Shown here: positions 31,173-39,950 of the stretch, piece by piece
How positions within the stretch are numbered: position 1 is the first letter of the stretch
Layout of the letters: each line of letters opens with the position of its first letter
Assembly: GCA_963799845.1 (NCBI GenBank)
Contig: CAWCYI010000006.1
Location: 448,001-512,000, forward strand
Direction: 5' to 3'
DNA: 64,000 nt
From: an uncultured Nitrososphaerota archaeon
GTDB taxonomy: Archaea; Thermoproteota; Nitrososphaeria; Nitrososphaerales; CADDZS01
Made by a program: the position numbers and the translations under genes
Notes under the pieces: model-generated
Told to the model about the DNA's origin: nothing
What the model saw: the letters and a program-made list of their open reading frames with translations, nothing else
Databases searched by the model: none

Positions 31173-31967
31173 TTACTTATCGCTCTCTGTCAAAGCCCTT
31201 GCAAGGAATGTGCGCACGACTTTGGCAAACTCGGCAGGATTGTCTCGATGAATAACGTGTCCTCCGTCTAAAGTAAATAGTTGTGTGTTCGGTCGTCTGG
31301 ATGCCATCTGTTCTAAATGTTCTTGGCTCGTAAGGCGACTATCACGCCCTCTAAGTATCAATGCGTGACAATCGCTTGCGAGCCAATCCTTCCAGTGATA
31401 TCCATTCACAAAATTCTGCGATTCCAGCATGTCTTCAGGATCAAAAGCTAGTCGCCATCCGCCGGAAACTTCGCGGACCGAATCCCGGAGGTAAGGTGCT
31501 AGACGAGATCCGATTCTGTTTTCGAGTTCTTCGCGAGTTTGGAAGGTCCCTTTCCACTTTAGGACGAAGCTCGTATCTTCAGATATTACGACTCCAATAT
31601 CCTCTATGATTAGGGCGCTAACGCGGTCGGGATAGCGCGCAGCAAACTGATAAGCATTCACGCCTCCCAAAGAGTTGCCCATGAGAACTGCTCCCTTTCG
31701 AAGTCCGAGGTGATCATACAGAGTCAAGAGATCGCCGATGTAATCTTCGCGCGCGTAGCTCGATGAATGGTCGCTGTACCCATGCCCGCGTTGGTCCAGC
31801 GCTACAACTCGAAACTCAGGATAAAGAAGATCTGCAACCTTCGAAAAGGTTGAACCTTCCATCCAGTGAGAATGCAGTGCTATGATTTCCCTCCCGTCGC
31901 CTCCGGCATCAAGGTAGGAGAGATTTAGACCGCCTGAGCGAAAATAATTCCTGTCCGTTGCTCTCAC
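31173..31967 (-). CDS. Alpha/beta hydrolase
   Basis: DQRGHGYS, nucleophile elbow GNSLGG, C-terminal GGHVIH. Confidence 0.88.
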   Translation of the reverse strand: MRATDRNYFRSGGLNLSYLDAGGDGREIIALHSHWMEGSTFSKVADLLYPEFRVVALDQRGHGYSDHSSSYAREDYIGDLLTLYDHLGLRKGAVLMGNSLGGVNAYQFAARYPDRVSALIIEDIGVVISEDTSFVLKWKGTFQTREELENRIGSRLAPYLRDSVREVSGGWRLAFDPEDMLESQNFVNGYHWKDWLASDCHALILRGRDSRLTSQEHLEQMASRRPNTQLFTLDGGHVIHRDNPAEFAKVVRTFLARALTESDK

Positions 31968-32037
31968 CTTCTTTTGGTATGCGTACCGAGTGATATATCT
32001 AGAAGCAAGATAGACTTCAACTTGACGGGAAGGCTCA

Positions 32038-32110
32038 GTGATGCGCTACGAACGACCGATCTCTCGGGATTTTGGAGATTTTTGTGCTCTAAAAAGGATT
32101 AAGTCGCCTG
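32038..32110 (+). repeat. Dispersed repeat A, copy 4
   Basis: gtgatgcgctacgaacgaccgatctctcgggattttggagatt...aggattaagtcgcctg. Confidence 0.8.
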
Positions 32111-32126
32111 TGTTTCTTGATATCGA

Positions 32127-32405
32127 TTGTCCCCCTGTCCGTGTCCCCAGGGCGACGTCACAATGCAGTGGGGCATGAACGTAACTTCCGTGCCAGGAAG
32201 CACACTTGCGCACACCTTCACGATTCCCTCTTTAGGTGTCAATATACCAGTTGTCGGTGGGGACACAGTCATGGCCTATCTCCGCTTTGATCAAACTGGC
32301 GTTTTCCAATGGTTCTGTCAGACTCCTTGCGGTCTTGGACCGACTGGCACGCTGGGAGCAATGTCACAGGCTGGCTGGATGGAAGGCCAGATAACAGTAA
32401 CCTGA
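32127..32405 (+). pseudogene. N-terminally truncated cupredoxin (CoxII/sulfocyanin-like) fragment
   Basis: HTFTIP...G.FQWFCQTPCG...GWMEGQITV; begins right after repeat A with no signal peptide. Confidence 0.6.
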
Positions 32406-32459
32406 GACTCAATTCTGAGCCTTGATAAGAAAAGTTTCGACCTACGTAGATGACATTCG

Positions 32460-33086
32460 TTGAGAAGACTCTGGATGGTTGTCTCGGGCGTCGTAGTCGC
32501 TCTTGCCCTCCTTCTGATAATAATCGCAGGGTATGTTCTTGACTATCAGTCAGGGACTTCGATGTCGAACATAATAGGTCAGATGATGGGAGGCCAGTAT
32601 TCTGGCCTTGTGAATCCTATGCCCACTCACGTTTGGTTAACGATGATTGCGCTAATCGCAGCGTTGGCAGCTAGTGTAATCGGAACTCTGTACTATGTTA
32701 TGTATCCAGAGATAAAACAAACAGCGGAGCCCACAGACACCGAGAAGAGCCTATCAAATTCGGATGCAGTCGATAAGGCTCCTCCAACTAATTCGACTAG
32801 CGATTCCACAGCACCTTCAAAAGAAAGTTGGTCGATGCTTATGCGGACTTCCAAGCCAGAGGAAAAGAAGATCTTGGAGGTCCTTTCAGCCCACAACGGA
32901 GTCTATCTGCAAAAATTAATAGTCAAGGAATCTGGTCTGAGCAAACTGAAAACTCATCGAATAATTTCTCGCTTCGTGGAGCGTGGAATCGTGACTGCAA
33001 TGAAGAGTGGTAACACCAATGAAGTGAGATTATCCCCGTGGTTGAATCAACCTTCTCAAACAGATAAACCCTCGAAAAACGAGTGA
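32460..33086 (+). CDS. Membrane-anchored winged-helix transcription regulator (2 TM plus C-terminal wHTH)
   Basis: Two TMs with a Met-rich loop; EKKILEVL..HNG..LQ..IVKESGLSKLKTHRIISRF.ERGIV...KSGNTNEV. Confidence 0.75.
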   Translation: MRRLWMVVSGVVVALALLLIIIAGYVLDYQSGTSMSNIIGQMMGGQYSGLVNPMPTHVWLTMIALIAALAASVIGTLYYVMYPEIKQTAEPTDTEKSLSNSDAVDKAPPTNSTSDSTAPSKESWSMLMRTSKPEEKKILEVLSAHNGVYLQKLIVKESGLSKLKTHRIISRFVERGIVTAMKSGNTNEVRLSPWLNQPSQTDKPSKNE

Positions 33087-33148
33087 TATTGAAAGTCATT
33101 TTCTCGCAACTCATCGGTACTTCTCTACTGCCTCTTGCATGACTCTTC

Positions 33149-33171
33149 GAAACGTGAAACGGTTTCGTTTC
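33149..33171. promoter_or_regulatory. Inverted-repeat operator candidate
   Basis: GAAAC-GT-GAAAC-G-GTTTC-GTTTC upstream of the cupredoxin gene at 33226. Confidence 0.45.
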
Positions 33172-33225
33172 AGCGAACTTCCATACGCCCCTTGTTTCCA
33201 TATACTAAGGCTAGGTTGAAATAAA

Positions 33226-33783
33226 ATGAAAACAAGGACAATGATCGTATTAGGAACCGCAGTCGCCGTAGCCGTCGGATTGACTTTGCCGTTCGCCAGC
33301 GCGTATGGAACTTCTGGTGGACTACAGGGGTTGATCAGCGGAATGATGGGGAGAAACACACAGGAGTCATCATATCCATCAATGATGGGTAATGGTTACA
33401 GCTATGGAGGCGGGATGATGGACCAAGGTGGGATGATGTCGTCAGGATCGATGATGGGTAGTAATTATGGCAGCTCCTGCTATCAGTATATGCAGAACTA
33501 TTACTCCACCAATGTTAGCCGAGGAAACCTGGTCATCATCTCTGGATATTCCTTCCATCCGTCTAGCTTGACAGTTACAAGGGGCACGACCGTCACTTGG
33601 ATCAATATGGATTTCGCCACTCTCACGGTAACTTCTGGAACCGAGCAAAACCCTACAAATCTCTTTGATTCTCACGAACTCTCACATATGGAGAGCTTCA
33701 GCTATACTTTCACATTCCCAGGTGTCTACCAGTACTATTGCGATATTCATCCAGGAATGGTCGGAACGATAACCGTGACTTAG
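33226..33783 (+). CDS. Secreted plastocyanin/azurin-like cupredoxin with Met/Gly-rich linker
   Basis: Signal peptide, GMMG/SMMG repeats, F.P..LTV..GTTVTWIN.D, YYCDIHPGMVG. Confidence 0.82.
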   Translation: MKTRTMIVLGTAVAVAVGLTLPFASAYGTSGGLQGLISGMMGRNTQESSYPSMMGNGYSYGGGMMDQGGMMSSGSMMGSNYGSSCYQYMQNYYSTNVSRGNLVIISGYSFHPSSLTVTRGTTVTWINMDFATLTVTSGTEQNPTNLFDSHELSHMESFSYTFTFPGVYQYYCDIHPGMVGTITVT

Positions 33784-33889
33784 GGAAAAGGCGATTCTCA
33801 GATTTGGTAATCATGTGGTCGTCTTTTATTTCATCGAGGACATTGAAGTTAGGGTCTGGGAGTACTCAAGATCGGAGTGGACATTTGAT

Positions 33890-34390
33890 TTGAGCAGAGA
33901 CGGAATCTCAAAGGTCGTTGTCATCTCCCTCGCTGCGATTGTGATTGCAATCGCGATTTTCGGAGGCTACTTGGCATATTCTCTGAATAATCCTAATAGA
34001 AACGCCTCTTCCAGCTCGAAAACGAATGCTAGCATCTCGCTCGCAGGTTTTTCCATCGATCCTGTCAGTTCAAATCTTTCAGGAACTGTCTTGGTAAGAA
34101 GTAGTTCACCCCTAGTTCAGACAGACCTTTACATCAATGGGACTTTCATGGGTTCAGTGAACTACACAAAGGGAATGATGTCGAATTCAACTTATTCCCT
34201 GATGTACTCAACTAATCCGAGATTCATGCCGATGATGTCTAGAATGCAGATGGTCGCTGGGAGAAGCTACATGATCACGTTGATGGCAGTGTTCAGCGAC
34301 GGAACGAGGTTCAATGCATCTTCGGCTGTCGTTGCTGGAGAGAAATATCAAATGGGGTCTTCGTCAAACGGAATGATGTCTTCAACTTAA
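33890..34390 (+). CDS. Membrane-anchored Met-rich hypothetical protein
   Basis: N-terminal TM, GMMS/MPMMSRMQM segments; TTG 33890 chosen as start. Confidence 0.6.
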   Translation: MSRDGISKVVVISLAAIVIAIAIFGGYLAYSLNNPNRNASSSSKTNASISLAGFSIDPVSSNLSGTVLVRSSSPLVQTDLYINGTFMGSVNYTKGMMSNSTYSLMYSTNPRFMPMMSRMQMVAGRSYMITLMAVFSDGTRFNASSAVVAGEKYQMGSSSNGMMSST

Positions 34391-34439
34391 CATACGATCC
34401 CAGATTTGATAGTGAAAGAAGATAAATCTAACAATCAAA

Positions 34440-34820
34440 TCACGTAGTTGACGTTGGAGAGTCAGTACTTTCTGAAAAAATAATCAGATGTCGATCAGGA
34501 TCGCATACCACAAATTCTTTCATGCCGTATTCCTTTTGCGCCAAGTGGCCGCTGACGATATCTTTTGCAAGACATTGTTCATAGAGTTCATCAATCCCCC
34601 TCATGCCTATGTAACAAACAGATCTCTTTGGATTTTCGGACGGCTCGAAGAGATTGAAGTGAATTTCAATTCCGTCCCGCTCAATTATCAGGAAACCCTC
34701 GTCCTTGTAAGCCGGTTGGAAACCCAATTTTTGGTAGAAATCAACCGTTTCATCAAAGTTTGTTGAGGCAAAACGAGGGGCTATGCTCAGTAGTTCACTC
34801 TTGGTTTTCTATTGAGTCAT
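34440..34820 (-). pseudogene. VOC/bleomycin-resistance family protein (in-frame TAG at codon 4)
   Basis: MTQ*KTKSELLSIAPRF...FYQKLGF...EYGMKEFVVCDPD. Confidence 0.65.
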
Positions 34821-34949
34821 GATGAATTCGTTCACTCAGTTGAGATGAAACAATTACGTTTTCTGTCGCGATTTCAATAATTGGACGGGTGAGAAATCCT
34901 CGCTGGGAATACGATTCTTTGAAATATCAGCAAGGGCCAGATTTACTCC

Positions 34950-35369
34950 ATGCACTTGCGACTTTGGCGGAGCAAGTATCATTCTGGCTCCGCGTTGCCA
35001 GTAATAAATGAGAGAAACCTGGAGCAGCCCCCTTGGTGCTATCTGCTATGGGGAGCGCCTGCGGTTCTCGCTTTTGTGACATCATACGGCTACGACCGTT
35101 ATTTCTTATCCGTTACTGAGGCAGGAATTTTCTGGACTTTGTCAGTGGCCTGGATTGGAATTGGATGTTTGCTCAATGGCAGGTTTTGTGGCAGAGTACA
35201 CTGTTTGATAGATGGAATCTCCTTTCCGCTTCTGGCCATCATAGGAGTGCTCAATATTCTCTCAGTAATAGCAATCAGTTGGAGCCTGTTTTGGGCATCG
35301 TTCTTTGTGATACTGGCTACAAGTTTTGGTGCAGAGCTGGTTTTGGGAAGGTACCGTCCAAGGAGTTAA
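34950..35369 (+). CDS. Small 4-TM membrane protein with C..N.R.CGR.HC motif (possible metal-binding)
   Basis: GIGCLLNGRFCGRVHCLIDG between TM helices. Confidence 0.65.
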   Translation: MHLRLWRSKYHSGSALPVINERNLEQPPWCYLLWGAPAVLAFVTSYGYDRYFLSVTEAGIFWTLSVAWIGIGCLLNGRFCGRVHCLIDGISFPLLAIIGVLNILSVIAISWSLFWASFFVILATSFGAELVLGRYRPRS

Positions 35370-35371
35370 GA

Positions 35372-35524
35372 GTGAATTTGTCTATCAAATGCGCAGACTG
35401 CAATTGTTTACCTGCCGAATGCGCTGCAAGTGAATCTGCCATATCCTGTCCTAATTGCAATCAAGAGATATGCTGTTGCTGGGAAGCAATCCATGAAACT
35501 GGAACGTTCTCTAACTTGAAATGA
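35372..35524 (+). CDS. Cys-rich metallothionein-like small protein
   Basis: GTG start after AGGAG; CADCNC..EC...CPNC...CCC (9 Cys in 50 aa). Confidence 0.55.
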   Translation: MNLSIKCADCNCLPAECAASESAISCPNCNQEICCCWEAIHETGTFSNLK

Positions 35525-35684
35525 TCAAACCCAATAAAATCGCAATAAACATCGGGACGTAATCTGGACGGAAGTTATCGCTACTATTGGAAGAAAGAAC
35601 TTTCCGAATCAGGTTGCGATTTAACAAAATTCCGAGATACCCAGTGATGCGTAAGAAGCTAAATACCCTTGTTTTCAGCCTCTG

Positions 35685-35713
35685 TTACTAGTAAACACGT
35701 GCGCGAATCCCGT
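35685..35713 (+). repeat. Dispersed repeat B, copy 1
   Basis: ttactagtaaacacgtgcgcgaatcccgt. Confidence 0.65.
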
Positions 35714-35948
35714 GTCTAGCCAGAGTTCATATTTCAGCAAATTATTTGAAACGGATCGGAGAATGGTAGGTTGACGGAGAAAGTCGCGATGGTTATTGGT
35801 GCTCTTCAGGTGCCATATGGTCCCCCTGAAGGTCCTAAACGGTCAATCATGTCTAGGTCGGACTTGCTGAGGCTTAGTTGAGTCGCAGCCACACTCTCTT
35901 CGAGCTGTTGTTCTGACTTCAACACAGTCAGTGATAGTGATCATTCAC

Positions 35949-36767
35949 TCAAGTTGACCCCGAGTCCTCTTCCTGTTCGATCATTTCCCTACCAGGCGAT
36001 ACGCGACTGAGGGGAGCAAGTGACCTGGCGTTTCGGTAGAGACAATACGTTGCGACAACGATCAATATTTGGAAGACATTGTAGCCAATGGCATAGATTC
36101 CTTTGTAGGCAAGAAAGTAGAGGAATCCGCTTGGAAATGCTCCGCCCGACGAGCCTTGGATCACTAACGAAATCGCTATAATCGCGGCCAGAACGAACAA
36201 GACGAAAAGACCGAACCATTTTAGATTCGTCCTTCGCGCGTCGCTCCTCGTTCTCCTTGCCGTGAGCAGGAGTGCGGGAGCTCCTGCAAGAAAAGTCGGT
36301 AAGTACACCGCTATGATCAAGACTGTCGCTACCGTTGCAACGGGAACCCCGGTGGCTGTTTCTAAGACGAGCAACCCAAAATAGAATGCAATCATCGCAA
36401 GGGTCATGCCCCAAACGCCGAACCGAAGTTTGCTCCATTTGAGAGTGTCCCTGAAGAGCGGATCAGATCGGCGGGCGGTGCGGACGGTACCGTCTATCCA
36501 GGCAAGCAGTACTATCGGCAGAGCTCCGACGTAGAAAACACTGATCACAAGCTGGGTGAGCGGGTCTGTGCTCATCGGTGTCGGGAGTACGGGTATCAAA
36601 AAGATGCAGACAACGCCAAGCCAAAGAGCTTGGCTCCGCGAAAATCGATTCCTGAGCACTCGTCTCAATACGAACGCCCAGTAAGCGGCATAAGCCAGGA
36701 TTGCACCTGCGACGATATCCTCCGCAAAGACCGCACCTATCATCATCAATATAATGTCACTTGGCAT
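35949..36767 (-). CDS. 7-TM membrane protein, module copy 5
   Basis: MPSDII..., YAAYWAF.LRR.L, WIDGTV.TARRSDPL.R.TLKW.KLR, ARR.R....R.NLKWFG, YRNARSLAPL.R. Confidence 0.83.
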   Translation of the reverse strand: MPSDIILMMIGAVFAEDIVAGAILAYAAYWAFVLRRVLRNRFSRSQALWLGVVCIFLIPVLPTPMSTDPLTQLVISVFYVGALPIVLLAWIDGTVRTARRSDPLFRDTLKWSKLRFGVWGMTLAMIAFYFGLLVLETATGVPVATVATVLIIAVYLPTFLAGAPALLLTARRTRSDARRTNLKWFGLFVLFVLAAIIAISLVIQGSSGGAFPSGFLYFLAYKGIYAIGYNVFQILIVVATYCLYRNARSLAPLSRVSPGREMIEQEEDSGST

Positions 36768-37434
36768 ATGCACTAACCTCCATCCCCTTAGAAGTAAAAG
36801 ATACATCATAGTATCCAGGGTGAGGGGGAACTCCCCTCATCTTCCTGATCCTCAACAACGGGAGGACTTTGAATCCTTCCTCGTAGAGTTTGAATTCGAT
36901 TACGCCGTCGAAGAGTTGTCGCATCGAGCTCAGCGTCTTCGTATCGTGCATCCCTTCATCCATCGTCGCAAGCAACACAATGTCGTACTGTTTGAGATCC
37001 GACAATAGTTGAGAGAGGAAGCTGTACATCATCTCCGGGGGATTCAGGACAAGGAGCGGAGAAAGAACGTCGGTAACAATCCTTATCCTTCGTTTACTGT
37101 TGCTCCTTGCGAGCTCCTTGAGCTTCACCGATATGGCAGTCAAGTCATTTATGTCAAATTTGATCTGCCCACCTTCACTTGCAAACCACACCGGACTCGC
37201 TTGACTCAAGTCGATTTTGTATCCCCTGACGTCCTCGAGAACATCATGGACGGGCAGCCTCGTCATGTAGACGCAAAAATCTCCGAGGTCGAGGCCCGAC
37301 TTCGTGAAGAAGTAGCCCAGTACTTCCTTTCCGGCGTCAGGACTCCCAAAGACTAGCACTGCGGACTTACTTGGATAGCCATCTCCACCTAAAATCGCGT
37401 CAAGGGATCCAAAGCCGGTGGAAACCAAAGTCAA
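36757..37434 (-). CDS. KaiC/RAD55-like P-loop protein, module copy 5
   Basis: STG..SLD.ILGGDGYP, Walker A GSPDAGKE, RIVTD, RIRKMRG. Confidence 0.87.
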   Translation of the reverse strand: MTLVSTGFGSLDAILGGDGYPSKSAVLVFGSPDAGKEVLGYFFTKSGLDLGDFCVYMTRLPVHDVLEDVRGYKIDLSQASPVWFASEGGQIKFDINDLTAISVKLKELARSNSKRRIRIVTDVLSPLLVLNPPEMMYSFLSQLLSDLKQYDIVLLATMDEGMHDTKTLSSMRQLFDGVIEFKLYEEGFKVLPLLRIRKMRGVPPHPGYYDVSFTSKGMEVSAYAK

Positions 37435-37561
37435 CAGCGACCGAAGAAGACTTTCAAGATAAACGTTTGCTCACAGCCCGGGACGATTAAGAAAACCTGT
37501 TTCCGCGGCAGGCCAATTTCGGAAAAGTATTTATCGAGTTAGGAAAGCTCCAGCGCACTCA

Positions 37562-37858
37562 ATGCCAGATGAAAATAACGGAAAGGGTACGCTGAAAGAA
37601 TTTGTTGACAGACTAAACAACGATCCGGCGACTCGTACGCAATTTCTCTCCAATCCCGTAGAAATCCTTCGAGGCTACGGGATAACGCTGTCGAAGTCAG
37701 CAGAAGAAGGACTGATGCAAATCATAGAAGAGTATCGCGAAAAGATCGCGTCGATTAGAGAATTACAAGGTAAGACAATAACAACAACTACAACAACAAC
37801 GACGACAGAAAGGAATGACTCCATAGAACCAGTTGGAGGTACGATGGACTTCATCTGA
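37562..37858 (+). CDS. Putative RiPP precursor with NHLP-clan-like leader, Thr run and GG-TMDFI terminus
   Basis: LKEFVDRLNNDPATRTQFLSNPVEILRGYGITLS resembles NHLP/nitrile-hydratase-like leaders (DPxFRxxxxxNPxxxLxxxGxxL). Confidence 0.6.
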   Translation: MPDENNGKGTLKEFVDRLNNDPATRTQFLSNPVEILRGYGITLSKSAEEGLMQIIEEYREKIASIRELQGKTITTTTTTTTTERNDSIEPVGGTMDFI

Positions 37859-37909
37859 GCGAGAATTGACCGAAAGCCCAATCTACTCAGAATTCGGTTC
37901 GGAGATAGG

Positions 37910-38845
37910 GTGGATAAGGAGGACCGTCAGCGAGCACGCCCTAATGCTGCCTTCGGTTTTCAAGCATTCCTTCATTATTATCTCAATGATAGACTAAAGA
38001 TCCTTACGAATGCGGTTCCAAAGGAAGCGAAGCTTGGCAGAGTATTTCCCTACTCGATCTTCTGGTTAGCCAATGCCCTTCCCAAATCAGAGCTTGCGAA
38101 TGTTCGCAAGCTCGCTCTTTCGGGAGTTTACGATTGCCTGAGTGTTACGATTGCAGATGACTTGCTGGATCGCCAAATCGAAGCGGATCGCGCAATACTA
38201 GTCGCGCTCGCCGGCGAGTATGCCAACATGCGCGCCAAACTACAAAGAGAACTTTTCGTTCCCAAATCAAGATTTTGGGATATCGTTTCATATTGCAGAG
38301 CCGACGCGGCCAAATACAACAGATGGAATTCGATCTGTACCGCATGGTCGGAGCCTTTGTCGGATAAATTCCTTCGGGATTCCTCGCGGTATGTTGTCTC
38401 TGTATTGCTGCCAGGTCTTGCTGGCGTCGCTATACTAGCTAGAAGTGAAAACAGGATAGAGGAGATCTCACGCTTCCTGAGGACTTTCTCCATGGCTTGG
38501 CGCATAGTTGACGATATCTGGGACTGGGAGGAAGACCTCCACGTGCGAAACTTGAACAATTCAACAATCCTCCATCTGATAAGGGCAAAGTCCGGAGCCG
38601 ATAAAATGTCAAACGAGATTGTCCTAGCCAAGTTCCTCGATGATAATTTTGTACGAGAAATTTACCAAAGGGCGTTAGAGCTCTTGAAAAGAGCTAAGAA
38701 AAGCTCGCACCAATTGAATTGCCCATATTTAGAGGAGTTCATGGAGAGCCAGATTGATTACCACGCCAGTCAGCGCGACTCGCTGCTGGGCTCCAACAAG
38801 TCTTTCCGGAGAGAGCTGACGAGTTTGCTCCCTGCAATCTCATAG
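37910..38845 (+). CDS. Class I isoprenoid synthase-fold enzyme (ComQ-like prenyltransferase/terpene synthase candidate)
   Basis: Asp-rich motifs ADDLLD and WRIVDDIWDWEED; predicted all-helical. Confidence 0.7.
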   Translation: MDKEDRQRARPNAAFGFQAFLHYYLNDRLKILTNAVPKEAKLGRVFPYSIFWLANALPKSELANVRKLALSGVYDCLSVTIADDLLDRQIEADRAILVALAGEYANMRAKLQRELFVPKSRFWDIVSYCRADAAKYNRWNSICTAWSEPLSDKFLRDSSRYVVSVLLPGLAGVAILARSENRIEEISRFLRTFSMAWRIVDDIWDWEEDLHVRNLNNSTILHLIRAKSGADKMSNEIVLAKFLDDNFVREIYQRALELLKRAKKSSHQLNCPYLEEFMESQIDYHASQRDSLLGSNKSFRRELTSLLPAIS

Positions 38846-38970
38846 GACAGCTAGGATTCGGAGTATTCGCCACAACCAGCGCTAAGAACTTCGCTGTTAC
38901 CGATCGCGATCAACTCCGTGATCCAGTTGACAAGTGAACAGCTGGAGACTTCTCTACAAAATTTAGAACG

Positions 38971-39655
38971 TTGAACGATGCGTGGAATGTGATTTTGCTT
39001 TCCAGTTTTTGGAGGACAGAAGGGAAATCCGTGCTTGAGAACCAGCGGTTAAGCGAAGTAACCGCGAACGAGAAGAAATTTCTCAAGAAGTGGAAGCGTT
39101 CGAAAAAGTCTGAAGATGAATCCAGACAAAAGGAGGATCGAAAATTCGAAGATGGGAGACGGCTTTGCGCCATTATGATCACTGACATTGTTGGTTACAG
39201 TGCCCTATCTCAAGAAAATGAGACGCATTCTCTTGAAGTTCTACAGAAGCACAATAGTTTGCTACGCGAGTTCTTCCGGAAGTACGGTGGTGTCGAGGTG
39301 AAGACAATGGGCGATTCTTGGTGGACGTACGGTTGGCTGGCCGGACTGGTTTGGGCATACGCTAGATCGGGCAAAGAAGGAAGAAGCCAAGAAAATTCAA
39401 GAGCAAGTCCAAGAATTTTCAAAGACACATTATGTAAGGTCGGATTGGCTGATTGTTATTCATCAGAGATTGGGCGAGAACGACGAGGCCATCCGGCTCC
39501 TAGAAAAAGCCTACGATATGCGGGAATACGATTCGTTGACCGGCATAAACGTTGAACCAATGTATGACGTCATACGTTCTGACCCGCGGTTCGTAGCGCT
39601 ATTGAAGAAAATAGGACTGGACGAATACGGCAATCTCGCGATTCCTTCTGGGTAA
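38971..39655 (+). pseudogene. Internally deleted cyclase-TPR gene remnant
   Basis: RRLCAIMITDIVGYS...KTMGDS joined directly to terminal TPR sequence (AYARSGK..., EAIRLLEKAY...DPRFVALLKKIGL). Confidence 0.75.
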
Positions 39656-39912
39656 CCTGACGCGGCTGGAGAGAGCTTACGAGTAACATTCTGGTTATCT
39701 GGTTGCGATCAGCTTCTAACAAACTTTCGACGACCTTCATCATGACCCCAGATTTCAGGCTTAACTGAAGAAAATTGGTTTTCCCGACGCAGGGTGATTC
39801 GATCGAATCTACCATCTAAACGCTGGCCTAGAGACGAACAAGAGGCCAACTTGGAAGCAAGAAAAAGAGTAACATTTTGACTCAAATCTTAATGTTCTGA
39901 GCTATTGCAATC

Positions 39913-39950
39913 TTTACTAGTGAATACGTGTCCGAATCCCGTACCTCGCA
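39913..39950 (+). repeat. Dispersed repeat B, copy 2
   Basis: tttactagtgaatacgtgtccgaatcccgtacctcgca; 36/38 identical to 48137-48174. Confidence 0.8.

Noticed and set aside
27433-32110. Repeat A as a CRISPR array
   Set aside because: Spacing is about 1-2.5 kb, not 30-45 bp, and there are no cas genes
37910-38845. Housekeeping GGPP synthase for archaeal lipids
   Set aside because: Lacks the GKxxRP and post-FARM RRG motifs, and sits in an accessory context next to a precursor-like peptide
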